Origin: Desulfohalobiaceae bacterium
Lineage (GTDB): Bacteria; Desulfobacterota; Desulfovibrionia; Desulfovibrionales; Desulfothermaceae
NCBI GenBank assembly: GCA_021737085.1
Contig: JAIPEP010000009.1
Coordinates: forward strand, 16,333 to 40,332
DNA: 24,000 nt
Direction: 5' to 3'
A model generated the notes under the pieces. The model had not been told where the DNA came from, ran no database searches, and saw only the letters and a list, made by a program, of their open reading frames with translations. Positions 15,315 through 23,700 of the stretch are shown here, piece by piece. Made by a program: the position numbers and the translations under genes. Position 1 is the first letter of the stretch. Each line of letters begins with the position of its first letter.

Positions 15315-16064
15315 ATGCTTTTTATCGCTGCCCTGCTCATTGGCATTTTCCTGATCTCACTCACCCTCACCATGCTGGGCCTTGGAGGAGGGCTGATCTA
15401 TTCCCCGCTCTTCGCCCTGCTAGGGTTCGAGAAGGCCATGGTGGTGTCCACCTCGCTCTTCTTGAACCTGGTGGCCGCAGCCTCGGCCGCGGGGATCTAC
15501 ATGCGGCGGGGCATGGTGGACTACAGCGTGGCCCTGCCCTTGCTGGCCGCCGGCCTGAGCGCCCCCCTGGGAGCTCTTACCACGCACCGTATCGACACCC
15601 AGTCCTTTATCGCCATCCTGGCCATTGTCGTTCTCTTCGGAGCGGTGCGCATGCTCATATCGCCCCGTTCCGAGGGTGTGGCGGAATACGAGGGCACCTG
15701 GAAAAAAATCTGCGGCAGCGCCCTTATCGGTCTAGCCGTAGGATTCATTGCGGGTCTGGTGGGCATCGGGGGAGGGGTGTTCATCGTGCCCTTGCTCATC
15801 TACGCGCTCAAGATCCCCACCAAGACAGCGGCAGCCTCCAACACCTTCATCGTTTGCTTCTCCTCGCTCACCGGATTCGCCACCCATGCCTCCATCAGCA
15901 CCATAGACTGGCCCTTTGTGCTGCTAGCGGCGGTGTTCTCCTTCGCCGGTGGCCAAGCCGGATCGCGGCTCATGGCCGGCAAGCTACAGGGCAGAACGGT
16001 CCGTCTGCTTTTCGCTGTTGTGCTCTTTGTGATGAGCGGCAGGCTCCTGTACCAGGCCTTCTAG
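15315..16064 (+). CDS. TSUP (TauE/SafE, DUF81) family anion permease
   Basis: 249 aa and highly hydrophobic. The two-fold internal repeat has the family Gly-rich motifs (LGLGGGLIYSPLF and VGIGGGVFIVPLL). A stop at 15303-15305 fixes the start at ATG 15315. Confidence 0.85.
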   Translation: MLFIAALLIGIFLISLTLTMLGLGGGLIYSPLFALLGFEKAMVVSTSLFLNLVAAASAAGIYMRRGMVDYSVALPLLAAGLSAPLGALTTHRIDTQSFIAILAIVVLFGAVRMLISPRSEGVAEYEGTWKKICGSALIGLAVGFIAGLVGIGGGVFIVPLLIYALKIPTKTAAASNTFIVCFSSLTGFATHASISTIDWPFVLLAAVFSFAGGQAGSRLMAGKLQGRTVRLLFAVVLFVMSGRLLYQAF

Positions 16065-16217
16065 TGAGGTGAGCCCCCTGAGGTGGCTTGAACATTGATG
16101 GGCAGGGATCGGAGAGGCTCTTTCAGCTCCTGGAAAAGGAAGCCGGGACTCGCGGAGGGTGTCTTTCCGCTACCGGGCGAGGGACAAGGCCTCTGGCCTC
16201 AAGCAAGAAAGGGTGCC

Positions 16218-17588
16218 TTACGCGGAGCTGTTATTAAGCATCCCGTGCCGCCCCATCTTGGTGCGCAGTCGTTTCCGGGAAATGCCCAGCTCCCTGGCGG
16301 CAGCGCTCTGGTTTCCCTGGGTTCGCCGTAATGCCTGCTGTAGGAGTGCGCGCTCCATCTCCGGGAGGTTACACCCGTTAGCCCCTGCTCCTTCTGTATT
16401 CCCGCTTTTATCTGCGGTCAGGCGCTCCGGCAGACAGGAGGGGGTAACGGCATCCCCGCAGGCAAGGACCACCGCCCGCTCTATTACATTCTCTAGCTCC
16501 CGCACGTTGCCCGGCCAGTCATACCCGGTAAGAAGGTCCATCGCTTCTTGGCTTACGCCGCGCACAGCTGTATTGCAGCGAGGTGCGTACTTTTCCAGGA
16601 AGGCCTCCACCAGGCTGGGGATATCTTCCTTGCGCCGCCGCAGGGGTGGTACGTCGATGCGGATTACGTCCAGCCGGTAGTAGAGATCCTCACGCCAAGC
16701 CCCGCGGGAGATCTCCGCCTCCAGGTCCTTGTTCGTGGCCGCTATTATCCGAAGATCCACCCGGCGCAACCTGGTATCTCCCACTCTGACGAAGGCCTTC
16801 TCCTGAAGGAATCGCAGCATTTTTTTCTGCAGGAAAAGGGGCATCTCCCCGATTTCGTCCAGAAACAGCGTCCCACCGTGGGCCTGCTCGATCTGGCCCG
16901 CCTTGCTCCGGTCCGCACTGGTGAAGGCACCGCGAGCGTAGCCGAAGAGCTCGGACTCCAACAGATTCTCCGGGATAGCGGCACAGTCGATGGTTACCAG
17001 CGGGGCCTGCGGAGAATACCCCGCTCTGTGGATTGCCCTGGCCACCAACTCCTTGCCCGTTCCCGTTTCTCCGGTGATCAGGATATTGGAGCCGGAGCGG
17101 GCCACCCGGGGGACCAACTCGAAGATTTCCCGCATGGAGGCGCTTGTGCCCACTACAGTCTCCGATGGGGCAAAGCCGCGGCCGTCTCCGCTGGGAGCTC
17201 CTGCATGAGGTGGTGTCATTGCTGCGCCATCCAATAAAGAGCTGGCCTGTTTGACAACCTCCCTGAGATTCACTGGCTTGGTCAAATAGTCCGTGGCCCC
17301 CAGCTTCATTGCCTGTACCGCGTTACGGATGCTGCCTTGGGCGGTGGTCAGAATCACTGCGGTGTCCGGCAGGTGCTGCCGGATTCCCTCCAGAAGATCC
17401 ATTCCGTTCATTCCGGGAAGCTCGAGCTCGGCGAGGATCAGGTGCGGCTGCCTAGTCTGGATCAGGTGCCAGGCTTTTTTCCCCTCCCGGCAGGTATCCA
17501 CCTTGTAGCCCTCCTCTCTGAGCCTGGAGGACAGGGCTTGAAGAGTGTGCTCATCCCTGTCGGCGATGAGAATTGTTGTTTCCTTCAT
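16218..17588 (-). CDS. Sigma-54-dependent transcriptional activator (NtrC family: atypical receiver + AAA+ + Fis-type HTH)
   Basis: Walker A GETGTGKE, sigma-54 contact loop GAFTSA (a GAFTGA variant), ESELFGY, and C-terminal HTH QSAAARELGISRKRLRTKM. The receiver domain aligns residue for residue with NtrC but has E54 (GAG, 17427-17429) in place of D54 and R11 in place of D11. Confidence 0.9.
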   Translation of the reverse strand: MKETTILIADRDEHTLQALSSRLREEGYKVDTCREGKKAWHLIQTRQPHLILAELELPGMNGMDLLEGIRQHLPDTAVILTTAQGSIRNAVQAMKLGATDYLTKPVNLREVVKQASSLLDGAAMTPPHAGAPSGDGRGFAPSETVVGTSASMREIFELVPRVARSGSNILITGETGTGKELVARAIHRAGYSPQAPLVTIDCAAIPENLLESELFGYARGAFTSADRSKAGQIEQAHGGTLFLDEIGEMPLFLQKKMLRFLQEKAFVRVGDTRLRRVDLRIIAATNKDLEAEISRGAWREDLYYRLDVIRIDVPPLRRRKEDIPSLVEAFLEKYAPRCNTAVRGVSQEAMDLLTGYDWPGNVRELENVIERAVVLACGDAVTPSCLPERLTADKSGNTEGAGANGCNLPEMERALLQQALRRTQGNQSAAARELGISRKRLRTKMGRHGMLNNSSA

Positions 17589-17692
17589 TCCTCTCTCACC
17601 GGCCCTCTTTAGGTATTGCCATTATCACCAAAGGGGGGGCTACTACAGCTGTCCCCCTAGAGTTATCACTGGAGATATGTCTAGCATAGAAT

Positions 17693-17740
17693 TGTCCCAA
17701 ATGGAACACCCGGCCCCTTAGGGTTGTTCCGTAAGGAACA
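17693..17740. promoter_or_regulatory. Two related palindromic sites (TGTYCC-N4-GGAACA), candidate enhancer (UAS) for the sigma-54 activator
   Basis: Site 1 is TGTCCCAAATGGAACA (17693-17708). Site 2 is TGTTCCGTAAGGAACA (17725-17740, a perfect palindrome). Centres are 32 bp apart (about 3 helical turns) and lie roughly 85 and 118 bp upstream of the predicted transcription start of the -24/-12 promoter. Confidence 0.55.
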
Positions 17741-17792
17741 AGCAAGCAGAAGACTTGCTCCATAAGGCGGGACGCACACCCAGTCACGATAT

Positions 17793-17808
17793 TGGCAAGA
17801 AAATTGCT
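17793..17808 (+). promoter_or_regulatory. Sigma-54 (-24/-12) promoter
   Basis: TGGCAAGAAAATTGCT versus consensus TGGCACG-N4-TTGCW. GG and GC have the correct spacing and only one core mismatch (C to A). Points toward the TSUP-fusion gene and sits next to the divergent sigma-54 activator gene. Confidence 0.65.
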
Positions 17809-17991
17809 AATAAAACTTTGGTGCTTGTTCGTACATGTAATATTTGCATGGCGACAAGCTGGTTGACTGCGGCAATAGGGCTAACTCGGCAGGAGCAAAG
17901 GCTTCCCCGAGCATCATTTTGGGGTCTCCGCCTGCTAAGGAGCGGGGGCATTGCACTTATTATCAACCTGGAAACCGGCAAGGAGGATATT

Positions 17992-19701
17992 ATGCAATTC
18001 CATGCCCGCGGACTTTTGATCTGGATGGCTGCCGCGCTAATTCTGTCCTTGTCCCCAGCGGCACAAGCTCAACAGGCGATCCAGGCGGAGCTGGAGAAAC
18101 AGACTTACAAAGCCGGAGATACGGTGACCATCTCCGGACAGATCGAGCCTGGAGAGGATCTGTACATTGCGGTTTCCTCCAAGCGGACCTTCGCTCCCCA
18201 AGAGGCGAAAGGAGTAAACGAGAAGGACCAGCTTTTGGAGGCCGCTGCGACACATCCCTTCAGCAAGGACACCGAGGTGCCGGTATTCTACTACATGCTC
18301 ACCAACAGGCCGGGCGAGTTCGGATCCGTGGTCAAGGAGCGCTACGGCGGTCCTTCCTTTGCCAAGGGGATCTACAGCACCACCATGTTCGAGCTGGCCC
18401 AATGGCAGGATCTTTCTCCGCGGATCAAGGAAAAGTTGGGTCCGCTGGACAGCAGGCAGAAGTGGGACTTCTTCCGCTACACCCACGAGACGAACTACGG
18501 GATAAACACCATTACCAAGGAACGGACCCAGGTAGGCAAGATCACCATCTTCGCCCGCAGCGTGATTACCGACTACGAGAGAAGCGGCAATTACTGGGAC
18601 AAGGGGACGGATATCGAGCTTAACAAGGAGACCGGCGAATTCACCGCTACCTTTGACACCTTCCGCCACACCCCTCCGGACACCGAGTTCCAGGTCGCGG
18701 TCAACGGGGAAAAGATTGGCGAATACACCCTGGCCGGGAACGGTTTTTGGCTCCCTCTCGGAGGGCGCTATATGAATCCCCTCTGGATCATCCTCGGGGC
18801 CATACTGGTGGGCGCCTTCTTCTCCCTTATCGGCGCTGCCGGAGGTATGCTCATGGCCGCGTACCAGGTCATGGTGGTCAACACCATGGGGCCCGTGGGT
18901 CTCAATGCGGCCAACGTCCTGCGCCCCTCCAACGTGGCCCTGACCCTGTTCTCCCCCATAGGGTCCTTCTACCGCTACGCGATCAAGGAGCACCGCGTCT
19001 GCTGGCCAGTGGGGCTCTCCTTCGGCATCGGCATCCTGGTGGGCTCCATCTGGCTGGGAAAGTACGTGACTCAGCTCCTGCCCCTGGCTACATACAAGGA
19101 GTGGCTGGCCGTTCTTGTGGTGCTCATGGGCATCCGCACCCTGTACGAGCTCACCCCACGGGTCATGGAAAAACGCAAGAACATCAAGGCCATGACCCAG
19201 AAGTTCAATGCGGAGGTGCAAAAGGCCAAAGAAGAGGGCCGGGCCGCGGAGATGGGCCGTATCGAGCCCATCACCCACGGAGCGAGCAAGCTCACCACCT
19301 ACCGCTTCAAGTTCTGGGGTGAGGAGTTCAAGATCAATCCCCTGCTTTTCGGGATCATCGGCCTGGGCATCGGGATCGTGGCCCGGTGCTTCGGCATCGG
19401 CGGCGGCTTCCTGCTGACCCCGATCATGACCATGATTGGCGCCCTGCCCATGTACGTGGCGGTGCCGGTATCCCTGGTGGGCACCAGCTTCTCCAGCATC
19501 GGCTCCTTTATCGGGTACCTCATAAACGGATATCTGCCGGACTTCTGGATCGCCCTGGCCATTGTCATCGGCGGCTTCGTGGGTGGCTACATCGGCAGCC
19601 GCATGCAGAAGGTCTTTACCGAGGTCCAGCTCAAGATCATCCTGGCGGTGGTGCTCTTCTTCCTCTTCTTCCGTTTCTTCAAGATCGAGGTCTGGATCTA
19701 G
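17992..19701 (+). CDS. TSUP (TauE/SafE) family permease fused to an N-terminal periplasmic domain of about 230 aa of unknown function
   Basis: AGGAGG (17981-17986) lies 5 nt before ATG 17992. Signal peptide MQFHARGLLIWMAAALILSLSPAAQA. A soluble region runs to about residue 260. A TSUP membrane domain follows, with GAAGGMLMAAY and FGIGGGFLLTPIM motifs and a charged central loop of about 55 aa. The ORF extension back to 17755 lacks coding character. Confidence 0.8.
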   Translation: MQFHARGLLIWMAAALILSLSPAAQAQQAIQAELEKQTYKAGDTVTISGQIEPGEDLYIAVSSKRTFAPQEAKGVNEKDQLLEAAATHPFSKDTEVPVFYYMLTNRPGEFGSVVKERYGGPSFAKGIYSTTMFELAQWQDLSPRIKEKLGPLDSRQKWDFFRYTHETNYGINTITKERTQVGKITIFARSVITDYERSGNYWDKGTDIELNKETGEFTATFDTFRHTPPDTEFQVAVNGEKIGEYTLAGNGFWLPLGGRYMNPLWIILGAILVGAFFSLIGAAGGMLMAAYQVMVVNTMGPVGLNAANVLRPSNVALTLFSPIGSFYRYAIKEHRVCWPVGLSFGIGILVGSIWLGKYVTQLLPLATYKEWLAVLVVLMGIRTLYELTPRVMEKRKNIKAMTQKFNAEVQKAKEEGRAAEMGRIEPITHGASKLTTYRFKFWGEEFKINPLLFGIIGLGIGIVARCFGIGGGFLLTPIMTMIGALPMYVAVPVSLVGTSFSSIGSFIGYLINGYLPDFWIALAIVIGGFVGGYIGSRMQKVFTEVQLKIILAVVLFFLFFRFFKIEVWI

Positions 19702-19716
19702 CGGGCCAATGGCCAC

Positions 19717-19752
19717 AAGTGGGCCGGGTTGGCTCATGCCCCCGGCCCGCTT
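19717..19752 (+). terminator. GC-rich stem-loop after the TSUP-fusion gene (possible terminator, attenuator or processing site)
   Basis: AAGTGGGCCGGG (19717-19728) pairs with CCCGGCCCGCTT (19741-19752), giving 12 bp including one G-U, around a 12-nt loop. No U-tract. Confidence 0.35.
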
Positions 19753-19852
19753 GTCAAACCAGGCAAGGAGAAAGGTTAGGCCCTGGGGCGAGAGCCCTCT
19801 GTGGCTGCGATTTTAAGCAACTGCGAAACCGTTTTCCGCAAGAAGGATCGTC

Positions 19853-20473
19853 ATGGATACCCTGTGGCTTTACATCCTGGAAATCATAGAGCATATCCGG
19901 ATGGGCCTGGACTTCGCCTTTCAGCCCCTGGAGGCCCTGGGACCCACAGCCGCGGTCACCGGAATGGCCTTGGCGACCATGCTGGTGGCCAAAACCCTGA
20001 CGGAGAATTTCAAGACCAAGCGCTACAAAAGGCTGCAGAGCGAATTCGACTACTGGTACCGGCTGCGGCAGGAGGCCATGCGCTACAAGGGCGATGATCC
20101 GGATAAGGCAAAGGGGCTGGCCAAGGACCTGGACAAGGGCAAGCTGAACGAGCTCTACTACAACTATTTCATCGAGGGGCTCTTGAACAATCTGCTCACC
20201 CTTTACATCCCCGTATTCTCCATGCTGACCTACGTGAACAACACCTACGATCCGGCGGGCCTCCGGGAGCGCTTCGGTAGTGAATACCTTTTCTCTGTCA
20301 CCCTGGGAGGTAGGACCTACGAGATGGGCGCGATCTTCTGGTTCCTTCTCATTTTGGTCGCCTCCTATATCCTCTGGGTCGTGCTGCGCAAAAGGTTTTT
20401 CCCTTCCCGAAACACAAACCACGGAATAGAGCGGGACGCGGATGTGCCGGCTCAAGCCGGACAGTCCCAGTAG
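19853..20473 (+). CDS. Hypothetical membrane protein (3 predicted TM segments with a Lys/Asp-rich amphipathic linker)
   Basis: GAAGGA (19841-19846) lies 6 nt before the ATG. TM1 is AAVTGMALATMLVAKTL. The charged helix region is KRYKRLQSEFDYWYRLRQEAMRYKGDDPDKAKGLAKDLDKGKLNE. Two further hydrophobic segments follow. The antisense 330-aa ORF is Arg-rich junk. Confidence 0.6.
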   Translation: MDTLWLYILEIIEHIRMGLDFAFQPLEALGPTAAVTGMALATMLVAKTLTENFKTKRYKRLQSEFDYWYRLRQEAMRYKGDDPDKAKGLAKDLDKGKLNELYYNYFIEGLLNNLLTLYIPVFSMLTYVNNTYDPAGLRERFGSEYLFSVTLGGRTYEMGAIFWFLLILVASYILWVVLRKRFFPSRNTNHGIERDADVPAQAGQSQ

Positions 20474-20489
20474 CACGGGGAGAAGGACC

Positions 20490-20906
20490 ATGCCGCTTAG
20501 AAGCATCGTGGATTGGCTGGATGTTTTGCTGCCCAACTGGTTCGCCTTCGCTTCGGGCCTCCTGCTGGCCCTTTTCGGGCTTATCGCCCTGGGCCTCCTG
20601 GTCCTCGGCCTCGCACCGGCGAGCCTGCGAATCTGGCTGCCGCTTTTTGCCTTCTTTGCGGCGGTCAACGGGGGATACACCCTATGGCGGCGGCGCGTCC
20701 GGGGCGGGACAGAGTTGACAGCCCTTTCTTTGGCCCTGGGGCTCATCCTGGGAGGCGTCGCCTACTGGATGCAGCTACTTGTGGATCAGCGGCTTTTTGC
20801 TTCCGCCACACCGGTCCCCTATCTTTTCCTTTTCCTGGGGGCCTCCCTCGCCGGCCTGGGGATCGGTATTCCCCTCCGGCTGAAATACGAAAAGTCTCGG
20901 AGCTGA
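20490..20906 (+). CDS. Hypothetical small integral membrane protein (about 4 TM)
   Basis: ATG 20490 is preceded by GGGGAGAAGGA and lies 16 nt after the upstream stop. The 138 aa are almost entirely hydrophobic (FAFASGLLLALFGLIALGLLVLGL...). Confidence 0.6.
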   Translation: MPLRSIVDWLDVLLPNWFAFASGLLLALFGLIALGLLVLGLAPASLRIWLPLFAFFAAVNGGYTLWRRRVRGGTELTALSLALGLILGGVAYWMQLLVDQRLFASATPVPYLFLFLGASLAGLGIGIPLRLKYEKSRS

Positions 20907-20999
20907 GCTCTCCCTGCCGATCCGCCTGACACCGGGCGCTTCCCACCCGAGAAGGAACCGGCGGGTCTGTCAAGCGAACCAACCCTCAGGAGTTATTCC

Positions 21000-23093
21000 A
21001 TGGATAAGGAAGTCTACACCCAATGCTTCATGTGCTCCATCCGGTGTCCCATCAAGGTAACCGTGGAGAATGGCGAGGTGTCCTTCATCGAGGGCAACCC
21101 CCATGTTTCCGGAATGGAGGGGAGCCTTTGCCCCAAAGGAGCTGCCGGCAAGGCCCTTGTGGACGATTCCCAGCGGGTGCAGGGCCCCATGATCCGCACC
21201 GGCCCCAGGGGATCGGGGCAGTGGCGGCGCGCCTCCTGGGAGGAGGCCCTGGATTATGTTGCCCATCGGCTCAAGACGATTACCGATCAGTATGGCGGTA
21301 AGAGCGTGGCCCTGACTGAGCGGGCCCAGCTGAGCACCCACGTGAGCAAGACCTTTCTCCGGGCCCTGGGCTCGCCAAACTACCTATCCCACGATGCCCT
21401 TTGCAAGGGCTCCATGAACACGGCCTGCCGCTCCCTGTTCGGATACACCGACGGACAGATCGGCATGGACTATTCCAACACGCGGCATCTGGTCCTCTAC
21501 GGACGGAATATCTTCGAGTCCATCCAGGTGAAACCGGTGCGCCAGATAGTGGAGGCCATGAATCGCGGGGCCAAGCTGACCTATATCGATCCCCGGGTCA
21601 CGGTCACCGCATCCAAGGCCCACCGCTACTGGATGATCAGGCCAGGCACAGATCTGGCCCTGAACTACGCCCTGATGCACGTTATCTTCGAGGAACGCCT
21701 CTTTGACGCGAATTTCTTGGAGCGGTGGGTAACGGGCCTGAACGAGCTCCGGAGCTTTGTCAGTTCCTACACCCCGGAGTGGGCCGCGGAGGAGACCGGC
21801 ATTCCCGCGGAGGAGATCGTGCGCTTCGCCAGGGAGCTCGGCAGGGACAAGCCCAGGGTCATCTTTCACATGGGCTATCGCGGGGCGCACCAGGTCAATG
21901 AGATCCATCTCCGGCGCTCCATTCTTTTGCTCAACGTGCTCATGGGCAGCGTGGAAACGCCCGGGGGTATCTTCATCAAGAAGGGCCCCGGAGTGGCGGG
22001 AGGCAAGCCCGCCCGCAAGCTCACGGAGCAGGAGGGCCTGCCCAAGCCGGAGGCGCCGCGCCTGGACAAGGTGGGCACTCCGGAGTTTCCCCTGCCAGAT
22101 CCCAATCACGGGGCCCCTCAGATGCTGCCCCGCGCCGTGCTGAACCAGGAGCCCTATCCGGTCAAGGCCTTGTTCGCCTTCCGCTTCGATCCGCTCATGT
22201 CCATGCCTGACACGAACGAAACCAAACAAGCTCTGGAAGAGCTGGACCTGGTGGTCAGCATCGACATTCAGCACAGCGATATCGCCTGGTACTCGGATGT
22301 CGTTCTTCCCGAGTCCACCTATCTGGAGCGCATGGACAGCCCCCAGCAGGCAAACAGCCTCAAGCCCCAGATCTTTCTCAGGCAGCAGACCCTCAGCCCG
22401 CGCTACGACACCCTTCCCGGGCCTATCATCCTTCGGGAGCTGGCTCGTCGTCTGGGCCTGGAGCAGTATTTTCCCTACAGCTCCATGGAGGAGCTCGTAC
22501 GCTGGCAGCTGGAGCCCACCGGCTTCACCCTGGAGGACTTCCGCGCCAAGGGATTCTTGGCTTACACGGACAAGCAGCACTTCTGGGACCGGGAGAGCGG
22601 CCTGGCTTTTAAAACCCCCTCGGGCAAGATAGAATGTGTTTCCTCCCTGCTGGAGGATGCGGGCTTCTCCTCCTTCCCGCCTTATGAATCCCCGGAGTCA
22701 GGGGAGAGCCCGGAGCGCTTCCGCATGGTGGTGGGGCGCTGTGCCCAGCATACGCACGTCTCCACCCAGAACAATCCCTATTTGAACGAGCTCGTTCCGG
22801 AGAACACGCTCTGGATCAATCAGCGGGCCGCAGGGGAGTTGGGAATTAAGGACGGTGATCTTGTTCGGATTTCCTCAGATCAGCATTCCGGCAGTATCCG
22901 GGCCAAGGTTACGGAGTTCATCCATCCGGAGTGCGTTTTCCTCCTGCACGGTTTCGGGCACGAGTCCCAGCTCGCGGAGCGTTCGTTTAACAAAGGGGTC
23001 TCCGATGCCGCCCTGATGAAGAACGTGAGCGATCCCGTCGGCGGCAGCCCCGGGCTGCACGAGACCTTCGTCACTGTGCGACCACTGCCCTAG
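21000..23093 (+). CDS. Molybdopterin (Mo/W-bisPGD) oxidoreductase catalytic subunit, PsrA/PhsA/acetylene-hydratase-like, without Tat signal
   Basis: N-terminal [4Fe-4S] motif C9-x2-C12-x3-C16-x27-C44 starts at residue 9, so there is no twin-arginine leader. The candidate metal-ligand Cys lies in SHDALCKGSMNTA. Typical MopB blocks are present (LVLYGRNIFES, TYIDPRVTVTASKA, RPGTDLAL), plus a C-terminal beta-barrel domain (LWINQRAAGELGIKDGDLVRISS). RBS CAGGAG at 20988-20993. Confidence 0.88.
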   Translation: MDKEVYTQCFMCSIRCPIKVTVENGEVSFIEGNPHVSGMEGSLCPKGAAGKALVDDSQRVQGPMIRTGPRGSGQWRRASWEEALDYVAHRLKTITDQYGGKSVALTERAQLSTHVSKTFLRALGSPNYLSHDALCKGSMNTACRSLFGYTDGQIGMDYSNTRHLVLYGRNIFESIQVKPVRQIVEAMNRGAKLTYIDPRVTVTASKAHRYWMIRPGTDLALNYALMHVIFEERLFDANFLERWVTGLNELRSFVSSYTPEWAAEETGIPAEEIVRFARELGRDKPRVIFHMGYRGAHQVNEIHLRRSILLLNVLMGSVETPGGIFIKKGPGVAGGKPARKLTEQEGLPKPEAPRLDKVGTPEFPLPDPNHGAPQMLPRAVLNQEPYPVKALFAFRFDPLMSMPDTNETKQALEELDLVVSIDIQHSDIAWYSDVVLPESTYLERMDSPQQANSLKPQIFLRQQTLSPRYDTLPGPIILRELARRLGLEQYFPYSSMEELVRWQLEPTGFTLEDFRAKGFLAYTDKQHFWDRESGLAFKTPSGKIECVSSLLEDAGFSSFPPYESPESGESPERFRMVVGRCAQHTHVSTQNNPYLNELVPENTLWINQRAAGELGIKDGDLVRISSDQHSGSIRAKVTEFIHPECVFLLHGFGHESQLAERSFNKGVSDAALMKNVSDPVGGSPGLHETFVTVRPLP

Positions 23094-23165
23094 GCTGGCT
23101 CGAAGCAAAGTCACGGCAAGCCGGATCCGGGTAAATCGGGGATTTTCAACCCAGGAGCACAACAA

Positions 23166-23681
23166 ATGAGCCAATATATGCTTTTCCATGACCAGAAGAA
23201 CTGTATCGGGTGCGAGGCCTGTGTCGTGGCCTGCAAAACGCGGCAGAAACTTCCGCAGGGTCCGCTTCCCACTCTCGTGGTGGCTGTGGGACCCAGGTGG
23301 ACAGGGGATCAGCCCAGAACAGTCTTCACCTTCATGCCCTGCTTCCACTGTGAGGTTCCCTGGTGCGTGGCCGCCTGTCCCACCGGGGCGATGCAGAAGC
23401 GCTCCGGGGACGGGGTGGTTTCCGTGGATCCCGAGCTCTGCGTGGGCTGCAAGACCTGCATGGCAGCCTGTCCCTGGGGGGCCCCGCAGTGGAATCCGGT
23501 CACGGGCAAGGTGGTCAAGTGCGATCTGTGCAAGGATCGGATCGACGCAGGGTTGAAACCCACCTGCGCCACGGTGTGCGTCACGCAGTGCATCCATTTC
23601 GGGCCTCCAGAAGAGATGTCGGAGATCCGGCGGGAGCGCTACGCCCGCACCAAGGCCGAGGGACAGTTCGATCCGGAATGA
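23166..23681 (+). CDS. Four-cluster [4Fe-4S] ferredoxin subunit (PsrB/DmsB/NrfC-like)
   Basis: Cys groups CIGCEACVVAC, CFHCEVPWCVAACP, CVGCKTCMAACP and CDLC...CATVCVTQC. AGGAG (23153-23157) lies 8 nt before the ATG. Confidence 0.88.
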   Translation: MSQYMLFHDQKNCIGCEACVVACKTRQKLPQGPLPTLVVAVGPRWTGDQPRTVFTFMPCFHCEVPWCVAACPTGAMQKRSGDGVVSVDPELCVGCKTCMAACPWGAPQWNPVTGKVVKCDLCKDRIDAGLKPTCATVCVTQCIHFGPPEEMSEIRRERYARTKAEGQFDPE

Positions 23682-23700
23682 TTCAGCTGGGGGCAGAGTC

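Noticed and set aside
19801-19818. TGGCTGCGATTTTAAGCA upstream of the 206-aa membrane protein gene as a second sigma-54 promoter.
   Set aside because: The GG-to-GC spacing is 2 nt too long and the -12 element is not TTGC.
21000-21060. Looked for a twin-arginine signal or an in-frame TGA (selenocysteine) in the molybdoenzyme.
   Set aside because: Neither is present. The Fe-S motif starts at residue 9 and the ORF is uninterrupted, with Cys at the predicted ligand position.
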